This document shows, piece by piece, positions 7,503-16,267 of a DNA stretch of 37,732 bases. Origin of the DNA: a virus (Duplodnaviria; Caudoviricetes); the IMG/VR virus record IMGVR_UViG_3300012347_000032, positions 1 through 37,732 of that record; one strand, 5' to 3'. Positions within the stretch are counted from its first letter, which is position 1. Each line of letters starts with the position of its first letter. A model generated the notes under the pieces. That model was given only the letters and a program-made list of their open reading frames with translations, ran no database searches and was not told the origin of the DNA. The translations under genes and the position numbers were made by a program.

Positions 7503-8018
7503 TTACATTTGCCGATTGTGCTTTGAGTCACTGTCCAACATTTCCAATGCGTCTTCGTATTGCTCTTGGTCAATCATGCCAAACTCAAGCTCTAATTTGA
7601 TCGCCTCAAGTTCACCCAGTGTCTCGCGCACCTTTTCAACTTGCATCCGGTGCAATTGACGCTCTGATAACCCCATTGATTTCATAAAGTCAATCACGTC
7701 TGTAGATTTCTTGCGCTTTTTGTTTCGCCCAGGTGCCGCAAGGTTCGCGGGGGCATTGTTAAAAACATCATCGTCCAAGTGTTTGACTTGGTAACCATTG
7801 GGCCATTCGCCGTGCACCATGCGCCATACCAAGTGATGTGCGAGTAAGACATAAGGGCCAACACTCAAGCGAACACCATAGGGGCAAGTTGTTCCCGCTG
7901 GCTCTTTCCAGTGCACATCCCCTTTGTGTCTGTCTTCCATGAATTTGTTTAGATCATGGTCAAACGTATAGCGTGCCACGCACTCGCGGTAGAAATTGTC
8001 TGTTTTTGGGTATGCCAT
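7503..8018 (-). CDS. HNH_3-like protein, apparently degenerate, with a helical C-terminal extension
   Basis: AHHLVWRMVHGEWP..QVKHLDDDVFNNAPANL resembles HNH_3 (usually AHRL..DH.....NN...NL) but lacks the Asp before His and the downstream Asn. Confidence 0.6.
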   Translation of the reverse strand: MAYPKTDNFYRECVARYTFDHDLNKFMEDRHKGDVHWKEPAGTTCPYGVRLSVGPYVLLAHHLVWRMVHGEWPNGYQVKHLDDDVFNNAPANLAAPGRNKKRKKSTDVIDFMKSMGLSERQLHRMQVEKVRETLGELEAIKLELEFGMIDQEQYEDALEMLDSDSKHNRQM

Positions 8019-8271
8019 TGGGTGCCTTTTCAAGTGTCAATTGTGACTGTGTGTTAGATGAACAAGGTAAATTATACATCTTCTTACAGGATAAGAAGAA
8101 GATATTTGAAACGTGTTTATATAGAGCTTAGGGAAAAGTGACGCACGGGTCAAAGGTGTTTACACTCGAACATGAGAAATGGGGCAAAGTTTCCCGGATT
8201 CTGTGAGATTCATTGGGTTATCACCTTTTCCAGAATCTTTGACCCCGTGTCCCATGCGTGCGCGGAGTCAC

Positions 8272-8386
8272 GTTTGTCAGTGCTTACTAACTAACCCAAT
8301 GGGTGCATGATTCATGAATTCAGTTAGTCAGTGCTCACTAACTAACCCAATGGGTTCACTGGTTATGTTAGTCAGTGCTCACTAAC
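8272..8386. repeat. Three direct repeats GTTAGTCAGTGCTCACTAAC, two extended by TAACCCAATGGGT
   Basis: Copies at 8272-8304 (2 mismatches), 8323-8355 and 8367-8386. Confidence 0.85.
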
Positions 8387-8568
8387 ATCAGGGTGTCAGG
8401 GTGTCGCGGCTCCCGAGGGGGTGGGGGTAGGGCCGACGAGCCAGAGGTCACGGTAGCGGCGGTATCAGACAAAATTTTTATAAAATTTCTCATTGACCCA
8501 CAGACCCAATGGGTTCATTAAATTCCCAGTACCACCCATTCAACATCCGTGATAGCATCTGTGACACT

Positions 8569-9102
8569 ATGGACACCTCGAACGATCAATCCGTAGGCGC
8601 AGATGTCACACTGCTACCAGACTGGCTGGACCCCGCGCCTCCAACTCCGAAACCCTCACCAGAGGGCAAAGCACTCGTACTCGTACAGTATGAGCAGGTC
8701 TTCATGCGAGCCATCGACTCGATTGCCCACGGCATGTCGCTGTCCCAGGTGCTGCGGGATGACCAGCGGGACATCGACTACAACGACTTCTACCGGTGGA
8801 TCAAGAAAGACCCGACTCGCAAGCAACTCTTTGACGAGGCTCAGGAGATGCGCACAGAGTTCATGGCTGGCGAGATCATTGAGATTGCCGATGCCGAAGA
8901 CAGCATCGAGGACGTGAACCGGTCCAAGCTCAAGATCGACACGCGCAAGTGGCTCATGGGTGCACACAACCGTAAGAAGTACGGGTCGACGACCAACATC
9001 GAGTTGACCGGTGGGATCAGCATCACCGATGCCCTGAGTGCGGCTCGGGCCAGGACGATTGATCTGGCCGATGTGATTGATGTGGAGCCGAGGACAGACT
9101 GA
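8569..9102 (+). CDS. terS: Terminase small subunit (Sf6/P22-like)
   Basis: HTH-like GMSLSQVL...FYRWI and EIIEIAD...RSKLKIDTRKWLM motifs; directly upstream of TerL. Start could alternatively be 8509. Confidence 0.85.
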   Translation: MDTSNDQSVGADVTLLPDWLDPAPPTPKPSPEGKALVLVQYEQVFMRAIDSIAHGMSLSQVLRDDQRDIDYNDFYRWIKKDPTRKQLFDEAQEMRTEFMAGEIIEIADAEDSIEDVNRSKLKIDTRKWLMGAHNRKKYGSTTNIELTGGISITDALSAARARTIDLADVIDVEPRTD

Positions 9103-10634
9103 TGCAGAAACCCATTTACTCTCCAGAGGACGAACAGACCCTGATGACTCAGTTGTGGAGTTCGCAGGTTGCTGACAACCCTGAGACATTTGTCCTGTTC
9201 GCGTTCCCTTGGGGGCAGAAGAACACCCCACTCGAACACTTCAAGGGGCCCCGAGCTTGGCAGAGGAGGGCACTGCGTAGGATCGCCGAGCACATCAAAG
9301 AGAACCGGGGCAAGCTGGACATGGACGCGCTCAGGCGTTCGGTGAGCTCGGGCCGGGGGATTGGGAAGTCAGCACTGGTGTCGTGGCTCATTCTGTGGAT
9401 GCTGTCAACCCGGATCGGGTCAAGCGTCATTGTCTCGGCCAACAGCGAGAACCAGTTGAGAACGGTGACCTGGGGTGAGTTGACCAAGTGGGCCACCATG
9501 AGCATCAACTCGCACTGGTGGGAGCCATCGGCCACCAAGCTCGTGCCTGCTGCGTGGTTGACAGACCTGGTCGAGAGAGATCTGAAGAAGGGCACCCGGT
9601 ACTGGGCCGCTGAGGGTAAGCTGTGGTCCGAGGAGAACCCAGACTCGTATGCCGGTGTCCACAACCATGACGGCATGATGGTGATCTTTGACGAAGCCAG
9701 TGGTATCCCGGATGGGATCTGGTCAGTGGCTGCTGGCTTCTTTACGGAGAAGATTCTCGACAGGTACTGGTTCGCGTTCAGTAACCCACGGCGCAACACC
9801 GGGTACTTCTTCGAGACATTCCACAGCAAACGGGACTTTTGGGACGGCGAGATCATCGACGCTCGGACAGTCGAGGGCACCGACAAAGCGGTGTATGACC
9901 AGATCATCGCGGAATACGGGGAAGACTCCATACAGGCCCGTGTCGAGGTCTACGGCGAGTTCCCCGCTGCCGGTGAAGACCAGTTCATCTCGCCCGTGGT
10001 GGTCGAGGATGCGTTCAAACGGCCACTGTACAAGGACATGACGGCACCCATCGTGATCGGCGTGGACCCGGCCCGAGGTGGCATGGACTCCACCGTGATC
10101 CTCGTGCGCCAAGGGCGGGACATCGTGTCCATCAAGCGCCTGAAGGGCGAGGACACCATGAGCGTGGTGGGTCATGTGATCGACGCCATCGAGGAGTTCA
10201 AGCCTGTTTTGACCGTGATTGACGAGGGTGGCCTTGGATACGGCATCCTTGACAGGCTCACCGAGCAGCGGTACAAAGTGCGCGGGGTGAACTTCGCCTG
10301 GAAAGCCAAGAACCCGGTCATGTGGGGCAACAAACGGGCCGAGATGTGGGGTGCCATGCGCGATTGGCTCAAGACAGCTTCGATTCCCGCCGATCGGCAA
10401 CTGAAAAACGACCTGGTTGGTCCGATGAAGAAGCCCAACTCGGCCGGGACCATCTTTTTGGAAGGTAAAAAAGAGATGAAAGCCCGTGGCCTCGCCTCTC
10501 CAGACGCTGCCGATGCGCTGGCCGTGACGTTTGCATTTCCCGTGGCAAGCCGTGGGGAGTACAATTCCCGTAACACATCGCGCAGGATCAATGCTGATCG
10601 CAGTGCGGTATCAACAGGATGGATGGGATCATGA
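9102..10634 (+). CDS. terL: Terminase large subunit
   Basis: Walker A SGRGIGKS, Walker B IFDEASGI, SNPRR, nuclease IGVDPARGG and SPDAADALA. Confidence 0.95.
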   Translation: MQKPIYSPEDEQTLMTQLWSSQVADNPETFVLFAFPWGQKNTPLEHFKGPRAWQRRALRRIAEHIKENRGKLDMDALRRSVSSGRGIGKSALVSWLILWMLSTRIGSSVIVSANSENQLRTVTWGELTKWATMSINSHWWEPSATKLVPAAWLTDLVERDLKKGTRYWAAEGKLWSEENPDSYAGVHNHDGMMVIFDEASGIPDGIWSVAAGFFTEKILDRYWFAFSNPRRNTGYFFETFHSKRDFWDGEIIDARTVEGTDKAVYDQIIAEYGEDSIQARVEVYGEFPAAGEDQFISPVVVEDAFKRPLYKDMTAPIVIGVDPARGGMDSTVILVRQGRDIVSIKRLKGEDTMSVVGHVIDAIEEFKPVLTVIDEGGLGYGILDRLTEQRYKVRGVNFAWKAKNPVMWGNKRAEMWGAMRDWLKTASIPADRQLKNDLVGPMKKPNSAGTIFLEGKKEMKARGLASPDAADALAVTFAFPVASRGEYNSRNTSRRINADRSAVSTGWMGS

Positions 10635-10635
10635 A

Positions 10636-10878
10636 ATGACATTGAAGGCCATGCAAAACTGCCTCATCATCGAGCGCGATGTTGAGAAACACCCGATGTT
10701 TGAGCTACTTTCAACAGAGCAGCAAGAAACCGGGATTGTCGTGGCCGCAGGCCCAGACTGCAAAGAACTCAAAGTCGGCGACCACCTGTATTTTGGCGTT
10801 GGGCAAGAGTTCACGTATGATCGCAAGAATTACGTTGTCATGCGTGAACCTCACGTTTTAGGAGTCTTGAATGGCTGA
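10636..10878 (+). CDS. groES: Phage-encoded GroES/Cpn10-like co-chaperonin
   Basis: MTLKAMQNCLIIER...GIVVAAGP...LKVGDHLYF...NYVVMREPHVLGVL follows the Cpn10 pattern. Confidence 0.85.
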   Translation: MTLKAMQNCLIIERDVEKHPMFELLSTEQQETGIVVAAGPDCKELKVGDHLYFGVGQEFTYDRKNYVVMREPHVLGVLNG

Positions 10879-13054
10879 TCCAACTGGCATGGTTGCCGCT
10901 GCTGCTGTGGCAAACGGCGGCAAGCCTGCGAAAAGCGCATCCGACATATTGGCAACCGCACGGGCCCGGCTCGATCTGGCGGTTTCCGCGCTGTCCGAGT
11001 CGCGTGAGGACGAGATCGACGACCTGCGGTTCTACGCTGGCTCTCCCGACAACCATTGGCAGTGGCCTGCTGACGTGCTGGCGACCCGTGGTGCTGTGCA
11101 GGGTCAGACCATCAACGCCCGTCCTTGCCTGACCATCAACAAGCTCCCGCAGCACGTTCGTCAAGTCACCAACGACCAGCGTCAAAACCGCCCAGGGGCC
11201 AAAGTGATCCCGGTGGACGACAGAGCCGATGTGCAGGTTGCCGAGATTTTCAACGGCATGATTCGGCACATCGAGTACATCTCGGACGCCGATGTGGCCT
11301 ACGACACGGCCTGCGAGAACCAGGTGTCCTACGGCGAAGGCTACTTGCGTCTGTTGACCGAGTATTGCGACGAGAACACATTCGACCAAGACATCAAGAT
11401 CGGCCGGGTGCGTAACAGCTTCTCGGTTTACATGGACCCCACGATCCAAGACCCAACGGGCGCAGACGCCAAGTGGTGCTTCATCACCGAGGATGTCACC
11501 AAGGCCGAATTTCACCGTCTGTACCCCGATGCCACGCCCATCACGACCCTTCAGTCGCTGGGCGTGGGCGATCAGTCGATCAGCAACTGGCTCAATGAGG
11601 ACACAATCCGCATTGCCGACTACTACTACATCGACTACGACAAAGCCACGTTGAACCTGTACCCAGGCAACATGACAGCGTTTGAGGGCACCCCAGAAGA
11701 CCGCGAACTTCGCGCCGTCTACGGCAAGCCCAAGCGCTCACGCGAGGCTGACCGCCCACGGGTCAAGTATTGCAAGATCAACGGCTACGAGATTTTGGAA
11801 GAACGCGAGTGGGCTGGCAAGTGGATTCCGGTGATTCGCATTGTCGGCAACGAATTTGAGGTTGACGGCCGTTTGTACGTGTCGGGCTTGGTGCGCAACG
11901 CCAAAGACGCCCAGCGCATGTACAACTACTGGGTGTCCCAAGAAGCCGAGATGCTGGCTCTGGCCCCCAAAGCCCCGTTCATTGGCTACGGTGGTCAGTT
12001 TGAGGGCTACGAGGAAAAGTGGAAGACCGCCAACACCCAAAACTGGCCCTATTTGGAGGTCAATCCTGACGTTACAGACGGCCAGGGTGCAGTTCTTCCG
12101 TTGCCTGCTCGAGCACAGCCCCCAATGGCCTCATCGGGCCTTTTGCAAGCCAAATCGGGTGCGGCCGAGGACATCAAGGCCACGACAGGCCAATACAACG
12201 CATCGCTGGGCATGGGTTCCAACGAACGCTCCGGCAAAGCCATTCTGGCCCGTCAGCGTGAAGGCGATGTGGGCACCTACCACTACGGCGACAACCTCGC
12301 ACGAGGCGTTCGCCATGTGGCCCGTCAACTGGTTGACCTGATCCCGAAGATTTACGACACCCAGCGGATTGCCCGGATCATTGGTGAAGACGGCGACACC
12401 AAAATGGTCAAGATCAACCCTGACCAGCCGCAGCCGGTCAACAAGATCATGGACGAGCGCGGCATTGTGGTCGAGAAAATCTACAACCCCGGTGTCGGCA
12501 AGTACGATGTGGTTGCCACAACCGGTCCAGGCTACGCCACCAAGCGCCAAGAGGCTCTTGAGGGCATGGCCCAGTTGCTCCAAGGCAATCCTGAGTTGTG
12601 GAAAGTGGCTGGCGACCTGTTCGTCAAGAACATGGACTGGCCCGGTGCCCAAGAAATGGCAAAACGCTTTGCCAAGACCATTGATCCTAAGTTGCTGTCC
12701 GACAGCGACGAGAACCCAGCGTTGCAGGCTGCACAGCAGCAAATCGAGGCGATGGGTCAGGAAATGGAGCAAATGCACCAGATGATTACCAACGTGGGCA
12801 AGTCCATCGAGGTGCAAGAGCAGCGCCGCAAGGACCTTGAGGCCGAAGTCAAGGTCTACGATGCTGAAACCAAGCGAATCAGTGCAGTGCAGGCCGGAAT
12901 GACCGAGCAGCAGATTCAGGACATCGCAATGGGCGTGGTTGCTGCGGCAATGGAGTCCAACAGCCAGCTTGGTGGTATTCCTGAGATGCCGGGTCAAGAG
13001 ATGGACATCGGCATGATGGAGCAGCCAATGCCCCCTGAAGGAGCCATGCAATGA
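10871..13054 (+). CDS. P22-like portal protein
   Basis: 727 aa; RPCLTINKL, GLVRNAKDAQRMYNYW, SGKAILARQ and a C-terminal helical barrel; position after TerL. Confidence 0.93.
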   Translation: MADPTGMVAAAAVANGGKPAKSASDILATARARLDLAVSALSESREDEIDDLRFYAGSPDNHWQWPADVLATRGAVQGQTINARPCLTINKLPQHVRQVTNDQRQNRPGAKVIPVDDRADVQVAEIFNGMIRHIEYISDADVAYDTACENQVSYGEGYLRLLTEYCDENTFDQDIKIGRVRNSFSVYMDPTIQDPTGADAKWCFITEDVTKAEFHRLYPDATPITTLQSLGVGDQSISNWLNEDTIRIADYYYIDYDKATLNLYPGNMTAFEGTPEDRELRAVYGKPKRSREADRPRVKYCKINGYEILEEREWAGKWIPVIRIVGNEFEVDGRLYVSGLVRNAKDAQRMYNYWVSQEAEMLALAPKAPFIGYGGQFEGYEEKWKTANTQNWPYLEVNPDVTDGQGAVLPLPARAQPPMASSGLLQAKSGAAEDIKATTGQYNASLGMGSNERSGKAILARQREGDVGTYHYGDNLARGVRHVARQLVDLIPKIYDTQRIARIIGEDGDTKMVKINPDQPQPVNKIMDERGIVVEKIYNPGVGKYDVVATTGPGYATKRQEALEGMAQLLQGNPELWKVAGDLFVKNMDWPGAQEMAKRFAKTIDPKLLSDSDENPALQAAQQQIEAMGQEMEQMHQMITNVGKSIEVQEQRRKDLEAEVKVYDAETKRISAVQAGMTEQQIQDIAMGVVAAAMESNSQLGGIPEMPGQEMDIGMMEQPMPPEGAMQ

Positions 13055-13413
13055 ACGCATCTCAGTTTGTAGGTCAACTGTTTTTGAGCCGCAACGTGGC
13101 TCATTCAGTACACCTGAACACCCGCAGCTACAGCAAGCACAAAGCGCTGGGCCACTTCTACGAGGATGTCGTGGAATTGGCCGACAAGTTTGCCGAGGCT
13201 TACCAAGGTCGTCACGGCCTGATTGGTCCAATCGCCATTCCGGCGTCCAAAAAGACCACCAACATCATTGAATTCTTGCAAGACCAAGTCAATGAGATTG
13301 AAAAAGGCCGTTACGATGTGTGCGAAAAGACAGACACACCGATTCAGAACATCATCGACGAGATCGTCGGGCTGTATTTGTCAACTCTCTACAAACTTCG
13401 CTTTTTAGCATAA
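13051..13413 (+). CDS. Dps/ferritin-like protein (DUF5856-like)
   Basis: H21, H30-X14-D45-X3-E49 match Dps ferroxidase ligand spacing; four-helix pattern. Confidence 0.75.
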   Translation: MNASQFVGQLFLSRNVAHSVHLNTRSYSKHKALGHFYEDVVELADKFAEAYQGRHGLIGPIAIPASKKTTNIIEFLQDQVNEIEKGRYDVCEKTDTPIQNIIDEIVGLYLSTLYKLRFLA

Positions 13414-13423
13414 GGAAGCAATC

Positions 13424-13690
13424 ATGGCACTCTACAAACAAGGCAACGCAGACGCCCAGATCAAGATCGGTGGCGGCAAGCTGTTCGGCGTCTTTGTGTC
13501 CAGCACCACCAGCGGCACTTTTGCTCTGTACGACAGCGCAACTGCCAGCACCAGCGACCCCAAAATCATTGCCACGGTCACAGTTGCCGCTGGCACACAA
13601 TACGCAAGTTTCCCCGCTGGCCTTTGGTTCAGCAAGGGTTTGTACATTGACATCGCAAACACCATCGAATACACGGTTGTTTACGACTAA
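13424..13690 (+). CDS. Hypothetical beta-rich virion-associated protein
   Basis: 88 aa; AAGGA RBS; within the head module. Confidence 0.7.
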   Translation: MALYKQGNADAQIKIGGGKLFGVFVSSTTSGTFALYDSATASTSDPKIIATVTVAAGTQYASFPAGLWFSKGLYIDIANTIEYTVVYD

Positions 13691-13757
13691 GATTTTCCGA
13701 TGTAATATCGGGCAAACCGTACTGGTTCGGTAAACCAGGGATTCAATAGAATCAAAA

Positions 13758-14549
13758 ATGACTGATGAAGTCCAAGCCTTAGCGGAAGTTGACTCCGCGC
13801 CTGCACCAGAAGTGACGGCCACTCCTGAGAATGCTGTAAACGCGCCGGAAGTCGCTGAAAATCAACCCGAGACAACCGAGGAGAAGAAATACTCCCAGGC
13901 TGAAATCGATGCGATGATCGGCAAACGCCTCGCAAGAGAGCAACGTAAATGGGAACGAGAGCAAGCACAGCGATCTGCCGAAACGCAAATCGTGAAAGCT
14001 GCGCCAACTGCGTCCGTTGACCAGTTTGAAAGCCCTGAAGCCTATGCGGAAGCATTGGCCTACCAGAAAGCTGAAGAACTGATCGCCAAGCGTGAAGCAG
14101 CCAAACAGCACTCCGCTGTTCTCGAAAGCTATCAGGAACGTGAAGAAGCAGCACGGGATAAGTACGACGACTTCGAGCAAGTTGCCTACAACCCCAAGCT
14201 CCCAATCACTGACGTGATGGCCGAAACGATCCAGTCTTCGGACATTGGCCCCGAGTTGGCTTACTACCTCGGCACCAATCCCAAGGATGCGGAACGCATC
14301 TCACGCATGTCGCCACTCGCGCAGGCAAAAGAAATCGGGAAAATCGAAGCCAAATTGGCCGCTGAACCTCCCGTAAAACGTACAACGTCAGCGCCTGCGC
14401 CGATTTCACCTGTCACCGCACGATCCTCTGGATCACCGGCCTATGACACTACGGACCCACGGTCTACCAAGACCATGACGGACTCGCAGTGGATTGAAGC
14501 CGAACGTGCAAGGCAGATGAAGAAGCTGCAAGCAATGGCAAACCGCTAA
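13758..14549 (+). CDS. Capsid scaffolding protein
   Basis: Acidic N-terminus, coiled coil, GPELAYYLGTNP motif and basic C-terminal coat-binding helix; precedes the coat gene. Confidence 0.85.
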   Translation: MTDEVQALAEVDSAPAPEVTATPENAVNAPEVAENQPETTEEKKYSQAEIDAMIGKRLAREQRKWEREQAQRSAETQIVKAAPTASVDQFESPEAYAEALAYQKAEELIAKREAAKQHSAVLESYQEREEAARDKYDDFEQVAYNPKLPITDVMAETIQSSDIGPELAYYLGTNPKDAERISRMSPLAQAKEIGKIEAKLAAEPPVKRTTSAPAPISPVTARSSGSPAYDTTDPRSTKTMTDSQWIEAERARQMKKLQAMANR

Positions 14550-14567
14550 TTTTTTGAAAGGACTCAA

Positions 14568-15776
14568 ATGTCTAACAGCATCCTGACCATTGACATGATC
14601 ACCCGCAAATCGCTGGAGATCCTGGAAAACAACCTCGTGTTGACCCGCAACGTGAACCGCCAGTACGACGACAGCTTCGCTGTTGAAGGTGCCAAGATTG
14701 GTTCCACACTGCGTATCCGTTTGCCCGACCGCGCTCTGGTGACTGACGGTGCCGCCCTGCAAGTTCAGGACGACAACGAACAGTTCACCACTCTGACTGT
14801 CGCCAACCAAAAGCACATCGGTGTCAACTTCACATCTGCTGAATTGACCATGCAATTGGACGACTTTGCAGAGCGTGTGTTGAAGCCTCGTATCAGCCAG
14901 TTGGCTTCCAGCATTGACGCTGACGTTGCCAACGCATACAAGTACATCGGCAACTCCGTGGGCACCCCTGGCTCCACTCCCTCGACTTCTTTGGTGCTGT
15001 TGCAAGCCCAGCAGAAGCTGAACGAGAACGCTGCCGTGATGAACCCACGTTACGCTACCGTCAACCCAGCCGCCAACGCTGGTTTGGTCGAAGGCATGAA
15101 AGGTCTGTTCAACCCCACCGACACCATCAGCAAGCAGTTCAAGAACGGCATGATGGGCACTGGCGTGTTGGGTTTTGACGAGATCAACATGTCTCAGTCG
15201 ATCAAGCAGTTCACCACCGGTTCGCGTGGCGCTACTGGTGCGACTTTGTCTGCTGCTGTGACCTCCGAAGGCGCAACATCCATTGTGATTACCGGTGGCG
15301 GCAACGCTGGCGTTGTGAAGCAAGGCGATGTGTTCACTGTTGCTGATTGCTACGCTGTGAACCCACAGACCCGTGAATCCACTGGTTCGTTGTTCCAGTT
15401 CGTGGCTACTGCTGACGTGACCCTGAACGGTTCCGGCGCTGGCACCATCACCGTGGCTCCTATGTATTCCGCTGGCAATGCATTGGCTACTGTGGACGTG
15501 TTGCCACAAAGCGGCAAAGCAGTCGTGTTCTACGGTGCAGCATCCACTCAGTACGCCCAGAACTTGGTGTACCACAAGGATGCCATCACCTTTGCCACTG
15601 CCGACCTGTTGCTGCCACAAGGCGTTGACATGGCCGCCCGTGCCGTCCACAACGGTATCAGCCTGCGCGTTGTTCGTCAGTACGACATCAACAACGACCG
15701 CCTGCCTTGCCGTATTGACGTTCTGTACGGCTACAGCACCATCCGTCCTCAGATGGGTGTTCGCCTGTGGGGCTAA
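14568..15776 (+). CDS. P22-like major capsid (coat) protein
   Basis: MSNSILTIDMIT, KIGSTLRIRLP and RIDVLYG motifs. Confidence 0.93.
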   Translation: MSNSILTIDMITRKSLEILENNLVLTRNVNRQYDDSFAVEGAKIGSTLRIRLPDRALVTDGAALQVQDDNEQFTTLTVANQKHIGVNFTSAELTMQLDDFAERVLKPRISQLASSIDADVANAYKYIGNSVGTPGSTPSTSLVLLQAQQKLNENAAVMNPRYATVNPAANAGLVEGMKGLFNPTDTISKQFKNGMMGTGVLGFDEINMSQSIKQFTTGSRGATGATLSAAVTSEGATSIVITGGGNAGVVKQGDVFTVADCYAVNPQTRESTGSLFQFVATADVTLNGSGAGTITVAPMYSAGNALATVDVLPQSGKAVVFYGAASTQYAQNLVYHKDAITFATADLLLPQGVDMAARAVHNGISLRVVRQYDINNDRLPCRIDVLYGYSTIRPQMGVRLWG

Positions 15777-15780
15777 ACTA

Positions 15781-15805
15781 AAACGGGGGCTTCGGCCCCT
15801 GTTTT
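15781..15805 (+). terminator. Rho-independent terminator after the coat gene
   Basis: AAACGGGGGC-TTCG-GCCCCTGTTTT. Confidence 0.8.
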
Positions 15806-15817
15806 ACAAGGAAAATC

Positions 15818-16228
15818 ATGCCATCAAACACCAAAGCTACTGGCGTTGCATACCTGGACCCCGAGTTCAGCACTTGCTACGCGACCGAAGAAATCGGTTA
15901 CGCTGCTGCTGCTCAGGGTACAGTGACGCAGGCTACAGACAAGTCCACAGCGGTAACGCTGAACAAGTCTATGGGTCGCATCACAATGAACGGCGCATCT
16001 TTGGCAACTGCCACTAACGCCACGTTCACTTTGAACAACAGCACCATTTCGGCAAATGACACCGTGATCTTGACGATCTCCGGTGGTCAGGCAACTGCTG
16101 GTTCCTACAACGTGTTTGCCAACGCATTGGCGACAGGTTCGGTCAGCATCACCCTTCGCAACATTTCGGGCGGTTCACTGTCCGAAGCTGTTGTCATCAA
16201 CTTCTGCGTCATTCACGGCGCAGCTTAA
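15818..16228 (+). CDS. Putative capsid decoration/cement protein
   Basis: 136 aa beta-rich Thr/Ala/Ser protein directly after the coat gene. Confidence 0.6.
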   Translation: MPSNTKATGVAYLDPEFSTCYATEEIGYAAAAQGTVTQATDKSTAVTLNKSMGRITMNGASLATATNATFTLNNSTISANDTVILTISGGQATAGSYNVFANALATGSVSITLRNISGGSLSEAVVINFCVIHGAA

Positions 16229-16230
16229 AT

Positions 16231-16256
16231 AAACGGGGACTTCGGTCCCCGTTTTT
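16231..16256 (+). terminator. Rho-independent terminator
   Basis: AAACGGGGAC-TTCG-GTCCCCGTTTTT. Confidence 0.85.
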
Positions 16257-16267
16257 AAAAGAACCAC

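Noticed and set aside
8272-8386. Mini-CRISPR array (tempting given the Cas4-like DUF2800 gene)
   Set aside because: Only three copies; intervening sequences are short and unequal and both start with the same TAACCCAATGGGT; no cas operon. DUF2800 is a common phage replication/recombination nuclease
14433-15650. 405-aa minus-strand ORF (likewise 12131-13231, 9149-9931, 2380-3138, 32142-32936)
   Set aside because: Antisense shadows of well-supported genes, expected from biased codon usage in GC-rich DNA
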